This document shows positions 1-13,135 of a stretch of 64,000 bases of DNA, piece after piece; positions within the stretch are counted from its first letter, which is position 1; each line of letters opens with the position of its first letter. The DNA comes from Chiloscyllium plagiosum (lineage: Eukaryota): positions 630,330-694,329 of the forward strand of contig NC_057753.1 in assembly GCF_004010195.1 (NCBI RefSeq), read 5' to 3'. The notes below the pieces were generated by a model that was not told the DNA's origin, ran no database searches, and saw only the letters and a list, made by a program, of their open reading frames with translations. Made by a program: the position numbers and the translations under genes.

Positions 1-218
1 ACAGCACAGCAGGTCAGGCAGCATCTAGGGAACAGAAGATTCGACGTTTCGGGCACATGCCCTTCTTCAGGAATGAGCAGAGAGTGTTCAGCCCAAGTCC
101 CTCCTCCCTACCTTTTATCTTCTCCTGCTGAACACTCTCTGCTCATTCCTGAAGAAGGGCATGTGCCCGAAACGTCGAATCTTCTGTTCCCTAGATGCTG
201 CCTGACCTGCTGTGCTGT
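1..218. repeat. Perfect 92-bp inverted repeat (arms 1-92 and 127-218, 34-bp spacer) made of a Penelope-like element terminus
   Basis: The reverse complement of 1-92 equals 127-218 base for base; the left arm is cut by the window edge. The same terminus family recurs at 3726, 10747, 19618, 38249 and 61460. Confidence 0.9.
145..180 (+). ncRNA. Minimal type I hammerhead ribozyme motif (PLE-associated); mirror copy at 39-74 on the - strand
   Basis: ATTC-CTGAAGA-A-GGGCA(TG)TGCCC-GAAA-CGTC-GAAT: CUGANGA core, stem II, GAAA, palindromic ACGU mini stem III, GUC cleavage triplet ending at 176, and stem I ATTC/GAAT. Confidence 0.75.
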
Positions 219-242
219 TCCAGCAATAAAGTTTCAGCTTAC

Positions 243-860
243 ACCCCATCACACTCACCCACATACTTAACCAAGCTCACACACAAATGCACATTCTCTC
301 ACATGCATTCACACTCACACACTTACTTTGTCCCTCCTGCATGCACACACATGCAATTTTATGAGGTGAATTGGTATGAGCAAAATTGTACGTTATTGTG
401 CTCAAAAATGCATAACTACAGTCAATCAATGTAAGATCCTACAAATTCCACTTCAGAAATATGACTAGTCTGTCTCAACATGAGGACGCAACCAGACTCT
501 AACCTTACACCTTTAATGCATTATCTGAGCTGAGATGACAACGTTTGTTAGAAAACCCGAAGTTATGTTGAGAATGTGTCTTAAAAGGAGTTCTGAGAGT
601 TACATATTAACGGACTGGAGCTCACAAAAGAATTCTGAAAGATGAAAGACTTAATCTAAGTATGTTTAATATATTTCAGTCGCATGACACTGTAACTTTT
701 TTGCTATAAATGCTGTGTCTTCTGGTCCTGCTCCACATCTACCTGATGAAGAAGCAGCGCTTCGAAACCTAATGCTTCCAAATGGACCAGTTAGTCTAAT
801 CTGGTGTTGTGTCATTTCTAACTTTGTTCACTCCAGTACATTATTGAATCCTCCAAATCT
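243..860 (+). mobile_element. Penelope-like element 3' region (second family) with degenerate hammerhead at 743-771
   Basis: CA-rich start, then CTGATGA-A-GAAGC(AGC)GCTTC-GAAA-CCTA followed by a terminus like those at 41410-41615 and 59200-59320. Confidence 0.6.
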
Positions 861-1319
861 TGAGAAACAATAATAACATCTCAACTCAAATAAAAAAAAA
901 ACATTTGATTTGTCTCTGTAACCCTGGCCCTTATCAGAAAAACTGTGCTATGCACAGAATGTAAAATAACGTGAAATAGACTCCTCAAGTTCATGAAATT
1001 GTGGACGTAGCTTTTGAACATGTGTGCATATTAATTGAACGTGCGATATATTAACTAATACAGAAACTAACTGAGATCACAAGGACATTCGGGAGAAAAT
1101 GGAAAATAGTAAATGCAAGATCTGGCAATATAAACGTCTGACAAGCAATTGGATTTTCCTTTGGAATAGTTACATGTTGGCGTTTTAAATAAATTATCTC
1201 TAATCACTGGCCCAAGAACATCTATACTGAATTATCAATTTTATGAATCACAATCATAAAGAAGGAACACTTGTAAAACTTCGCATTTTTTCCCTCTCTC
1301 TAACCGATCTCGACACCAT

Positions 1320-1695
1320 TCTGATCCCTGGGATGCCAAGGCTGACGTACGAAGGAAGATTGGACTGAATTGATTATTTTCACTGGAGTTTAGAAGAATG
1401 AAGAATGATCTCATAGAAATCGATGCATTTGTCATAGGTGCAGGTCAGGCACACGCAGGAAGGATGTTCTCGATGGCCAGGGAATCTAGAATCAGGAGTC
1501 AGAGATTTATGGTACAGGTAACACGTTGAAGACTGAGATGAGTCAAAATGCTTTCTGCCAATCATGGCGAAGTTTGGCAAAGATTCTGCCACTGAAAGCA
1601 CTTGAGGTCAAGCGTTGAATGTTTTTAGGAAGGAGTTCGATATTGTTCTGAGGATTAAAGGGTTTAGACAGTATGGAGAGAAAGCAGGAGCGGGT
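1320..1695 (+). mobile_element. CR1 LINE ORF2 3' fragment, degenerate
   Basis: Frameshifted IPGM...YEGR...FSLEFRRMKNDLIE, matching the C-terminus of the intact CR1 ORF at 32050-32988. Confidence 0.7.
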
Positions 1696-1725
1696 AGTTT
1701 GTTTCTTTTTAAAAATTGCTAAAGA

Positions 1726-2045
1726 GCGGAAACAGACGATTCGGCCCTGCAAGTGTGCACCGATCCTTCGAACTGCACCCCACACAGACATCCCCCCCCA
1801 CCCCACAACCCTTTCGCTGTAAGCCGACTTGTCCCATGACTAACGTACCTAACCTACACATCCCTGAACACAATGAGCAATTTAGTCGAAGCAATATGGT
1901 AACCGTACCTCTTTGGATTGTGGGAGGAAACCAAAGAACCCAATGGAAACCAAAGCAGGCATGGTGAGAATGTGAAAACTCAACACAGGCTCTTGCCCAA
2001 GCATGGAATTGAAACCAGGTTCCTGGTGCTGCACGATAGCAGTTT
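1726..2045 (-). mobile_element. HE1-type V-SINE, degenerate
   Basis: Colinear similarity to the intact SINE at 46871-47175 (ttcggccc...tgtgggaggaaacc...ggaattgaaaccagg). Confidence 0.7.
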
Positions 2046-2119
2046 GATGAAGAACAATGACCACATTGAATAGGGGAGACAGTTTGAAATGCCTAATGTA
2101 AAACCACTCTCCTATTTTC

Positions 2120-4020
2120 ATTTTTATTTGTTCATTTGTTGAATATATGTGTTCCTGGGTGGCCAGCATTTATTTCCAATACCTATTGCCCGTTAGGAGT
2201 TGTTGGTGAACAGCCATCTTGAACGACAGCTGTGCACCTACTGTAGGTTTATCCACAATGCCATACGGGAGGGAATTCCAGGATTTTGTACCAACAACAG
2301 TGAAGGAACAGATCTATACTTCCAAGTCAGATTGATGAATGGCTGGCAGGGGATTTGAATGTGGTGGTCTTCCCATATCCTTGTACTTCCAGACCGAAAT
2401 GGTGGTGGGTTTGGAGGATACTGTCTGAAGTTTTTTGGCGAATTTCCACAGTGCACCTTGAGGATAGTATACTCTGCAGGTACTGAGTGTTGGTAGTGAA
2501 GCGAGTGGATGCTTCAGGTTTTGGTGACAATCAAGCAGGTTGCTTTGTTCTGGATGATGCCCAGCTTCTTGAGTGTCGTCGGGGCTGTACCTTGTCAGGC
2601 AAGTGTAGAGTACTTCATCACACTGCTGACCTGCGCCTTGTAGATTCTGAATAGGCTTTGAGGAGTCAGAGGTGAGCGACGTTCCGCAATATTCTTAGCC
2701 TTTGACCCGCTGTTGTATCAACTATGCTCATGGGGTGAATCCAGTTGAGTTTCTGGTCAATGATAACCCCAACAATATTAATGATGGGAGATATATTGAT
2801 GGCAACAGCATTGAATGTCAAGAGGCAGTGATTATATTGTCTTTTACTGGTGATGGTCATTGCCTTGCATTTGTGTGATGCGAATGTTTCTTCACAACTG
2901 TCAGCTCAGACTGTAATTTTTTCCAGATGTTATTGTATTTGAAGATGGAATGCTTCAGCATTTGAAGAGTCATGAATAGTTCGAAAGATGTTGCAATCAT
3001 CACGAACATCTCCACTTCTGGCCTAGTGATGGAGAGAAGGTCATTGATGAAGCAGCTGAAGATGTTTGGACCAAAGTACAGTACCCTGAGGAACCTTGCA
3101 GAATTGTCTTCAACTTGAGATGACTGATATTTCACAGCCACGAACATTTTCCTGTGTGTTCTGTATGACTTTATCCAGTGGAGAGTTTACCCCTTATTTA
3201 TTGAAAGTTTACTAATTCTCACTGATGACAAACCCGGTCGAATGCTGCTTTTAGTCATCGGCTGTCACTTTCACCATAACTCTGGAATTCAGCTGTTTTG
3301 CCCATTATTGAATCAAAGCCGGCATGAGATCAGGAGCTGAATGGCACTGGCTTATCCCAAACTGGGCATGATTGAACAGGTTTTTGTTGATCAGGTGCTA
3401 CTTGATTGCACGGTTGGTGGCACTTTCTATCACTTTACTAATGATCAAGAGATCACTGATGGGAGGATGATTGGCTGCATTGGATTTTTTAGCTTATTGT
3501 GTACAAGACATAGGTAGGCAATGTCTGCCAATGTCGAGTAGACGCCAGTGTTGTAACTGTACGGGAGCAGCGAGACTACGGAAGTGGCAAGTTGTGGAGC
3601 AGATGTCTTCAATACTATTGCCAGACTGTTTTCAGGGCCTGTAGCCTTTGCAGTATCCATTGTCTACAACCGTTTCTTAATATGACGTGGAGTGAATCGA
3701 ATTGGCTGGGGAACATTGGAACAGGAGAAAGTGAGGTCTGCAGATGCTGGAGATCAGAGCTGAAAATGTGTGGCTGAAAAAGCGCAGCAGGTCAGGCAAC
3801 ATCCAGGGAACAGGAGAATCGACGTTTCGGGCATAAGCCCTTCTTCAGGAAGCCGAAACGTCGATTCTCCTGTTCCCTGGATGCTGCCTGACCTGCTGCG
3901 CTTTTCCAGCAACACATTTTCAGAACATTGGAACAGGCCAAATGAATCATCCACAAAGCCCTCCTATCTGAAGGCTTTGTGAAAACTTTAGCCTTATCTT
4001 TTGCTCCGATGTGCGAAATA
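2120..4020 (-). mobile_element. CR1/L2-group non-LTR retrotransposon, degenerate RT to 3' end, interrupted at 3726-3922
   Basis: ORF remnants DTAKATGPENSLAIVLKTSAPQLA...YSYNTGVY, FGPNIFSCFINDLLS and GVIIDQKLNW are typical RT/C-terminal segments. Confidence 0.75.
3726..3922. mobile_element. Fold-back PLE-terminus insertion with 15-bp TSD
   Basis: GAACATTGGAACAGG at 3711-3725 and 3923-3937; inverted arms at ~3760-3830 and 3853-3923; hammerhead core on the - strand at ~3817-3852. Confidence 0.85.
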
Positions 4021-5269
4021 TTAATATCAAAGTAGCTAGTGGCTAATAAAAGAGAATGAGCACTGACATTTTGTTTGAATGTGGGCACAGAGATCACAAA
4101 GGAATGACATTGAAAGCCCACCATCATTACCAGGAAAATAGTTCTCATCACTTTGCGGCTCAATGAAACATCCCTTATCATTTCAATGAAGGAAGTGAAA
4201 AGTGGACTGACTTTGTGGACGTTTAAATCGCCTTGATAGGTATTCTGCCCTGAAGCAAATTCCTCCATTGCATACAAAAGGAATTCTCATCAAGTATTGC
4301 GCAGAGACTTTCAGTTTAACAGTGAAACAACGGCAACTCAAAGGTTATAAAGACGCTGCATGAAATTTATCTATTCATTAATGCAGGAAATTATGTCTCC
4401 ATTAGCTATATGATTGAGACTGGAATCTGTTTTATACCGCGAAAATGCCACAAGGAAATGAGAGGCAATCTTCCGTCTATTCGACACAGAATTGTGCGTG
4501 CAGGATCAGATAATAGCATGAGCTATGAATTCATTTGACTCCCAAGACTGCTTGATGCTGTTGGGGTCCGGCTATATCTGTATGTGGCAATGATGAGGGG
4601 GGTGAATTGGATTTTCGTTGTGAAATGCAGACTGAGAAAACAACGGCATTGGGCTTACATTTCTACTGGGCATTACAAGGAGAGGTGGGCATTAAGTTTA
4701 ATTTAGTTTTGATAGAGGGTTTTGAAAGAAGACAGACCATTGGAGTTATTTTTTCCAGGATGCTAGACTGTGGGCTGGCGACTGAGCAATTTAGTAGTTC
4801 TCAGATATTTTTCTAGCCAATGAAGAGTGAGGGAATTGTAAGCCTACTTTGTGTCTGTTACAACGCCTGATGGGGTATTAGGCAGTGCGGTTATTTTCAG
4901 AGTGATATTGGGTAAAGGAGAGTGAGTTGAGCGCTGGTATTATTGTTCAGGACTGAAGAAGAGCCGGATGTGATACAGGTTTAATTATCATAATCTGCTT
5001 CATCAAGAACAATCCTTCCATCAGAAGGTCAGAACTAGCAATGCCTACTTATTATTTTACAAAATTCAGCACGACCTGGGACTCCTCAGATCGTGAAGAG
5101 TCCACAGGTAAATGCAACAAGCCCTTGACAGCATCCCGGCTTTGAACTTAAGTGCCAAACAGCACAGGAATGAAATAATGACCCACGTTCATCAACAGAA
5201 ATTCTCACCATTGTCTCTTTACATTTAGTGTTGTTAACCGTCCTCAAATCTGTGTGATCAATATTTTGG

Positions 5270-5900
5270 TATTTAGCACTTGACCGAAATTGACCAGAAC
5301 AATCATCTAAATACTATTGCTGCCTGAACACATCTAAATTTGGCAATTTAGCATTGTATAATTGTACTCCAGCTTCCAGAATGTTTTTCCTGAAACTACA
5401 TATCAGACGTTCCAAGTGTGATGAACATTTTTTTCCAATGACTTGAATGAGTGCAGCCTCATCTACATAATAGAAGCTGACAACCATCAAACAAAGCATG
5501 TCCATTTGATTGACATTCCATCAACCACCTTCAATAAGCACGCCAGTCACACAGCCCGACAGTTTTGATAGCGTGTAACATGAACAAAATTCACCTCACA
5601 AAACTCTTTATGAAATTAATTTCCGAACTGAGATAGTGAAACACCGACAATGGCAAGGGAAGCAGATGCATAATACCATTGCCACCCGCAAATTCTTTTC
5701 TCAGCCACACACAATCCTGACATAGCTCGGTCTCATCATTCCTTTGAAAGTTGCTGTTTGAAAATCCTGGCATCGTTTCCAACAATGCCTTTCGGTATCT
5801 TCACAGAACTGATGCAATTCGACAAGGTAGCAATCCACCACTTTCTCCTGTAAATATGGAATTGGTAATACATCAATATATAATGGCCTCGCCAACTATG
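5270..5900 (+). mobile_element. CR1/L2-group LINE 3' fragment, degenerate
   Basis: Similar to the reverse complement of 2120-2700. Confidence 0.55.
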
Positions 5901-8900
5901 AGGACTAAAAAGTGTGATAATTATCCTTATAATGCAGGGCAATGGAGGAAAGTGGAAGCTTTTGAACATTTATGAATTAGTACAGGACTAACAGAAGCAC
6001 AGAGGTTCATTTGAAAACGAGTGAAGCACATGGTTTGAAAGTGATTCTGGAAATATTATGAATTTTATTCGGATGAAGGAGAATGGCAATACATTTGGTT
6101 TGAAGTATATACAAGACTGTGCAGAGAACAAAGTGTGATTAGGTGCGATATGTAAGAAGGTCAATGGGTGAACAGAGTCCGATTAAAATGCATTGGGTCA
6201 TATCATTGAATAGTTTGTGCATCATTTAGTTTGGTACATGGCAACACTAATTCATCTCTCCCAGTCACTTTCCTGTTTTTCTGTAAGGCATGTGCAGCCA
6301 TGGAAACTGTTCACCACAGCAATCAGTGGCAGGCAGTTTTCCTACACAGACTCGCTGCCTTGCTAAAAGCTGTCAGTGCTTAAAAGGAAGTCATTCGTCA
6401 TTGTCTTCAAGCTTTTAACGATGAAAATGAACTCTGAGTATTGGGGTCATTCTAAACGTAACTACTGATTGTGTAATGCTTGTGTGGAATATTCATTTCT
6501 ATGGAGTTTACCACCTGCTATATGTTTACACATGGTATTTTGCTTTTTGTCTTTAGCTTTTATAAGTCATTCTGTCAGGTTTACTTTGCCTTGGTTGAGG
6601 TGTAAACTGGAGAAAATTAGTCGTGTCGAAAACGACTTTGTGTCCGTTGATATCCCTGCTTTACATTATGTCAGTCATCATAACATCAACCATGTTTTAT
6701 AGGTAAGAGAACATGTTAATCAACCTGCTGGACGTGTTTAGACACACATTTGGGGCAGGTGATCCTTGACACTTCAACGTCAGGATGCTTCTTACGATTT
6801 TACAGCGACGACACAACGACTGAGCGGTCTGTCATTGGATTCTCCTCATAACATTCGAATCATTTTCCAGGCAGTGCCACGAAATAATTTTGTTCTTTTC
6901 TTTCTTATAAATAATAATGACCATTTTTCATTAAAGTGTGATTATTTACTCTACAATCTTCGAATTAGCAAACATTAGTAATAATGAGAACGTTTTTGGT
7001 ATCTATCTTTCGAGAAAAACAGATAGAACAGCACAGATCACATGGAGACACCTACCTGAAGCTTGAACTCCAAAGCAACATATGCAATTATGCAAAATAG
7101 GACCCTATTTCATTGACTATCTTATATCCCAGAGGAAGATCATTCAATGTTTAAACTATTTTTCATTCAATTCCAAATTCAGTTTTAAATGAATTTAAGC
7201 ATTGCACATGACCAAATGGAAGGATTTAGATTAATGTAACGTGGTATGGAGCAAAACGTTAGAAAGGGAGTTTGATTCACATCTGAAGCCTACACCACCA
7301 TTGAAATTAATTCTGGTCTTCTACACACTATCCTATGAACCTGCCAGAACAGAACAGGTTTTTACTTGATCTCACTGAAATCGACAGAATATCTCTTGAA
7401 GTCTGTTATGACCAGTGTCCAGATGAGATATAATTGAAAATGGATAACCCTCGCTTACCTAAACATCTTTACTGATTTCATTGCTCTGTTTGTTAGCTAT
7501 AATGATACACAAATGTTTGCCTGCGAAAAGCAAAGAACTACAGAAATATGCTCAAAACGTTCACTTGTGGCATTTTCAGCGCTCCACTATACCACTTCAT
7601 ACGGGTTTATATTCATTGAAATATAAAATAAACTTATGTGAGTTTTGATCAATCATACATTTAACTGTAAACATGTGCCGCAGTCTGATGATCTGCACAT
7701 CACAATCTCCTGTACTATGCCAAACATGATTTGAACAAGACACCCGATACTTGAAAGATAGTTGTGCCTGAATATCCAAAACGAACAGTAAAAATAATGA
7801 GTATTCTGATTCCATTTTGTCCCTACTTTTACAGTCTTCTTTACTCAAACTTCAGCTTCACAACTTCAGATGATGAACAATATCATTAATTTAGAAGTTT
7901 ATTTTTCCTTGGAGTCTTTGTTTTATATTCTTCAGAGTTATTTACGCCATTTGGAACTGAACTTTATACTGCCATTTTCATTTCCTGTCGACCAATGTTA
8001 TGCCTCATTTGTAGAAAAATCCGCACGCATTTATTTTTTGTCTCATAGCACATTATGATCTTCAATCACACTGGCCTTGAAAAGTTTGCTGGACCTTCGG
8101 TTTTGTTCATCTCCTTTTCCCGTTAGGCACTTTGCAGACTCCAAGAATCAATACTGATTCCATAGCCTCAGAGCCGACCGCATGATACCCGTTATCCATT
8201 TTCCTCATGCTATTTCCCTGCGTTCCCACCCAGACGTTGACTTATTTGTCTTTTGTTTACTTTTCTCTCAGTAGAGAGGACCCGTTTTTGTCCCTTCACA
8301 CATCGAAGAACGCCTGTTATACATCTTTATTTCTCTTTCACCATAATAAACATCGCTTGTTTTTATACCAGGCCTCCACATTACGGGTTCTCTTCACACG
8401 TTCTCCACCTCTGTCAGAAGGATTAAATAAAAACACCTTTCAGCACTGGTTAGTTCTGAAGAACTGTCAGACTGGACTTGAAACATTAACTTTGTTTCTT
8501 TCTCCACAGATGTTGCCAGAAATGCTGAGTTTAATCTATCAAGTGCCTCAGTTATTTCGTAACGCTTCTTAGTCAGTCAGTTCATCCTTCCAATATACTT
8601 CATGACCAATGGGAAGTGTGGGAGAATTTCCTCATCCGGCACCCTGGAGTATGCAATGACAAACGCACACAGCACCCTTTGTAGCAGCCTGGATCAATCC
8701 ATGCAATGATTCACAAAGCTGATGGAGAATGGTGAATCCTCTCTGCGATTCCATTGCAGTTATACATATTGACAGTGTCAGGAAGCATCCCAGAGTACAT
8801 TGAGGTATGGTAGCATTGAATCTTCTTGCACAGAATGCATTCAAATGTTCAACGACAGTCAGTTGAACAAAAGGTTCTCTTTTATTCCAGTTTGTTTTTT

Positions 8901-9189
8901 TTTTAAATAAGATGAACGATAAACCTTTATTTCGATTATTTACCAACAAATGCCTGAAATCACATAATACTAGAAAGCGAGAAAAAACTGACTGTGTAGA
9001 AATTTGTATTTGTTTGCAGATTATTCTGTGGACAAGGCGAATAACACAAGTCCTCAGCAGACTATAAAAATCTCGGTGTGATTGTCTGCATAAACATAAC
9101 TGCCCATATTATGTGAAGCCGCAAATATTTATGGGTGCGTTGAGCACAAGATTCCTGAGCAAAAATTGCAAAACAAACGGATAAATTGA

Positions 9190-9540
9190 GATTTTCGACA
9201 AGATTTGTTGCTCAGGTTGTGGGGCAGGTTGCCGGTTTGCTCGCTGAGCTGGGAGTTTTGCTTTCAGACGTTTTGCTGCCATGCTAGGCAACATCATTAG
9301 TGAACATCCAGCGAAGCGTTGTTATTCTCTGTCGCTTGCTACTGATGTGTCTTGGTATGTTTTGGTCGATGTTATCATTTTCCGTTCAACTTCTGAGAGG
9401 TTGGTAACTGGAGTCCAAATCTGTAAGTTTTTTTTAATTAGAGTTCTGTTTTGAATACCAGCTCTCTCGGAATGCCCACAAGTAAGGTTTGTTTGGACTG
9501 ACACAGGATGCATGCATTACCCCAGTCGAAATTGTTTTAT
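9190..9540 (-). mobile_element. Poseidon-type Penelope 3' fragment, old
   Basis: Minus-strand FDWGN...ILCQSKQ remnant and a terminus homologous to 36870-37177; decayed hammerhead near 9262-9302. Confidence 0.6.
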
Positions 9541-10083
9541 CGACAGACAGACTGATCGACAGGCAGAGGATTTCATTACTTTCCTGTGACAGGTGTTAAA
9601 CTAAGGGTTCCACAGCTATTTGGTTTGTACTCCGGATCATTTGTCAACATGTGAACCTCACCTGGGAACATTCCAAAATGCAGGATATAATATAGATTGA
9701 AAAGCCTCACAGAGTAAGATGTTCATCCTGTTAAAGGGTTTAAGCTGCCGCATGGTGTCCATTTTTGAAATGTCTGAATTTTTGCTGGAGATGTATGCAA
9801 AATTATGAATAACTAATTGAAGAAAATAACGTGCTGGTGGACAAAATAAATAGTGTACAAGGAGAAAAGCTGCTTTTAAAATGTCATCTTTGCAGTATAT
9901 GCAGAAATGCAGTAGTCAATGATTGCGACGTATGGAAATATTAGCGTGCCAATTCGAAAGTCAATACGATTGAATGCTGGGTGTGTACAGAGGTCAATGG
10001 GAAAGTCAGGAGTCAGTATACAGAAATACTCTGATTCACAGTTGATTATTGTACAGTTGGATGAATCGATGGATAGAGGGATA

Positions 10084-10275
10084 NNNNNNNNNNNNNNNNN
10101 NNNNNNNNNNNNNNNNNNNNNNNNNNNNNNNNNNNNNNNNNNNNNNNNNNNNNNNNNNNNNNNNNNNNNNNNNNNNNNNNNNNNNNNNNNNNNNNNNNNN
10201 NNNNNNNNNNNNNNNNNNNNNNNNNNNNNNNNNNNNNNNNNNNNNNNNNNNNNNNNNNNNNNNNNNNNNNNNNNN
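10084..10275. other. Assembly gap (192 N)
   Basis: Run of N. Confidence 1.
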
Positions 10276-10429
10276 TAGAAAAACAAAACGGTACGAATGT
10301 TGTACACCTGAAATAAATACAGAAAACCCTGGAGAAACAGAACAGGTTTTCGATAATTTGTGGAGAGAAACTGACTTAAAGTTTTTGAGGCCGATATAAC
10401 TATTCTCCAAAACCTCTTCTGACTAAGAA

Positions 10430-12600
10430 GAGTCATATTTTCGTGTTGAAGACAATCTCCTTTTCGCTTTCCATCTTTTGCCTTGAAACTGTACCACCCG
10501 TTTATTGCCTCTTCTACTCACGGAAACATGTACCTTGCGAGCCATTCTATATTTGTCCCGCATAATCTTCGACAAGTCAACAATGATATTTCCCAATCTT
10601 CGCTGATCTAAAGAAAGCAACAGCAGTATATTCAAACTTTTGTTGCAGCTTACTTCCATCAACTCAGGCTGCAAGCTCATTAATCTCCTCAGCAACTTTG
10701 CTCGCGCAATCAGTATATTGCCACAACCTGGTGACTACCACTTCATGGAGAAAGTGAGGACTGCAGATGCTGGAGATCAGAGCTGAAAATGTGTTGCTGG
10801 AAAAGCGCAGCAGATCAGGCAGCATCCAAGGAACAGGAGAATCGACGTTTCGGGCATAAGCCCTTCTTCAGGACTACCACTTCATACCGATCTCAAACTG
10901 TGGTCTGACTAATGATTTGTACATTTCCAAAGTAACCGATTCCTCAACCAACAAAAGCAAATGTTCGTTATTCCTTCTTAACTATGTTATTTACTTGCAC
11001 AACAAAGTATGCCTAACTTTCCATAGTTTCCATGGTGATAACATTCATGGAATAATATCTTGCTTCGTTCACCATTCCTAAGTGCATAACACTTCAATTT
11101 TCGCCATGGAATTCCATTTACTGTTGGTCTGCATACCGTCAAGTTCTTTTAAACCCTTTTACTGTGATCGTGATGAATGGTAGAGTAGGTTCAAATGTCC
11201 GAATGGCCTCCTACTCTTCTTATTTTCAATATTCACATACTCGCTAAATTAAAAAAAAAACATGAGTAATTAATGTACACTAACCACATCACAGACCCCA
11301 GCATTGTGAAGCCTCAATGGAAACAGAATTCGCGTCACAGAAGGATCCTGCTTCCCTCATCTTGAATTTTGATACAACGTACCAATTGGCCATAGATTCC
11401 ATGGTGTCTTACTCTCTTGACATGTAGGCCATTAATGAACTCATCAAACTTTTAGCTAAAGGCATCAAGCACTTCTTCAGAAACCTGATTGACGTTTTAA
11501 AAATCTCAACTGTGAACATTGGTTTAACAAATCCATGCTGAATCTCCGTCATCAATCCATGACTCTTCAAATACAAACGTGTTCTTTCACTTCAAATCCT
11601 TTCGAATACATTCATTAGAACTGCTGCTGGACGATAGTCCTGTAGGTTTTCTGGCGATCCATTTCTTAATTTTATTTTCAAATGATGTGCCGAATTTAGA
11701 AGTACGCGATTCTCCTGAGACTTCACCGGTGGCCAGAGAGGATTCGATCCCTACTGGCAACGCCTGTGATATCTCTTCCCTGGTCTATTTCAATTTCTTC
11801 AAATAAGCTTCCCTCAGCTTTCTGGATTTATCCAAATAGGAGGCTTTTTAATCCCAGTAAACTGTTTTCTGTCTCTGTCTCTCCCCTCTTTCCTGGACAT
11901 ACACACATTCTGAGCTTTTGTCATTCTTATTAGCTTACTTCACTTCAAATGATATTATATTTTCTCAACCGTGATATCTCTACTTATTTCAGCGGTTTCA
12001 ATTGTTAAGACCATTGAGGTTTTATTGAGGATAGTGCTCATGACTTGCATTTGCGTGCACAGATTGTATGTATGTTCTGTGTTCGCTCCTACTGATTCCC
12101 AAGCTATTTCCATGCTCCATATATTTCTCTTCAATTTTCTACTTTCCTTCTAAATTCTTCCTCTGCACTTCTCTGACTCTGGGTACACTGTCGTATTCAG
12201 ACCTGGGTCTCTGCATTTGTTCATTTTTATTAAAAATCCTCAAGTTAGTAACTCTTGACATTAAATGTTATCCTTTCTTCGAGGTCATCGCTTGATTTTA
12301 TGGGAACATATTTGGTCTGAACTTCTGCTATTTTCTTCTTGACGACTCCTCGAGTTCTGACGACTTGATCTGCAAGTATTTCTCCCAGTGGACATCGACC
12401 AATTTGCATTTTTGTTATTAATTACCTAGCCAGATGTCAAGTGCTCCTATTCTCAGGCAGTCTTCGATATTTTTCCTTTACTATCCAAAATCGAACTGGG
12501 TTATGTTTATTATCTCAACATTGCTCATTTGCAAATATAACTTACCAATGTCTTCCCATATTCTTCTGTTTTGCGAGTGAACCTGTCAAGCTTCCTCATT
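10430..12600 (-). mobile_element. CR1 LINE ORF2, heavily decayed
   Basis: LLSLDQRRLGNIIVDLSKIMRDKYR resembles CR1 LFSLEQRRLRGDLIEVYKIMRG; scattered similarity continues to about 12.6 kb; boundaries approximate. Confidence 0.55.
10747..10871 (-). mobile_element. 125-bp truncated PLE terminus with 14-bp TSD, starting at a hammerhead core
   Basis: GACTACCACTTCAT at 10733-10746 and 10872-10885; the minus strand reads CTGAAGAAGGGCTTATGCCCGAAACGTCGATT at the truncation end. Confidence 0.9.
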
Positions 12601-12659
12601 GTCTTTTGAACTACGCTCATTCAGGCAAGTGATTAGTAGTCCATCGTACTCCAGATTTA

Positions 12660-13135
12660 AGCATTCTGCATAGTATAAAGGCTTTAGAATGTCAGGAGTT
12701 GAGTTATTCGCCGCAGTATTCTAAGCTTCTCAACTGCATTTACAGCAATTATGTTTGTATAGCTTCTCGAGTACACTTTCTGGTCAAGGGCAACGCCCAC
12801 GATGTTGATAATGTAACTTGTTGGACATACATATTGTCTGAGATGTTTGTGCCATGAATGCTACTTATCACTTGCCATTCCAAGCCTGAGTATTGCATTT
12901 TGCCTTTGTGCATTTGAACGTGGGCTGCTTCATTACGTAGTTAATGGTGCTAACTGTTGTGTAATTATCAGAGACCATCTCACCATATGATAAAGTAAGC
13001 ATCATTGATGAAGCAGCTAAAGATGGTTTGGGCAGGACAACAGCCTGAGGAACCCCTGCAGAGATGTTGTGGATCAGAGATGACTGATCTCCAAAATTCG
13101 CAAATAGCTTCCTTTCTGCCAGGTATGAATGCAAT
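12660..13135 (-). mobile_element. CR1/L2-group LINE RT fragment
   Basis: ISAGVPQAVVL and IFSCFIND remnants. Confidence 0.65.

Noticed and set aside
9919-10083. QLDESMD resembling the hAT transposase LDESTD motif
   Set aside because: A single short motif next to a gap, with no terminal inverted repeats or other transposase blocks seen.
9876-10436. Long ORFs spanning N runs (also 32738-33713)
   Set aside because: Artefacts of translating gaps, apart from the CR1 frame.
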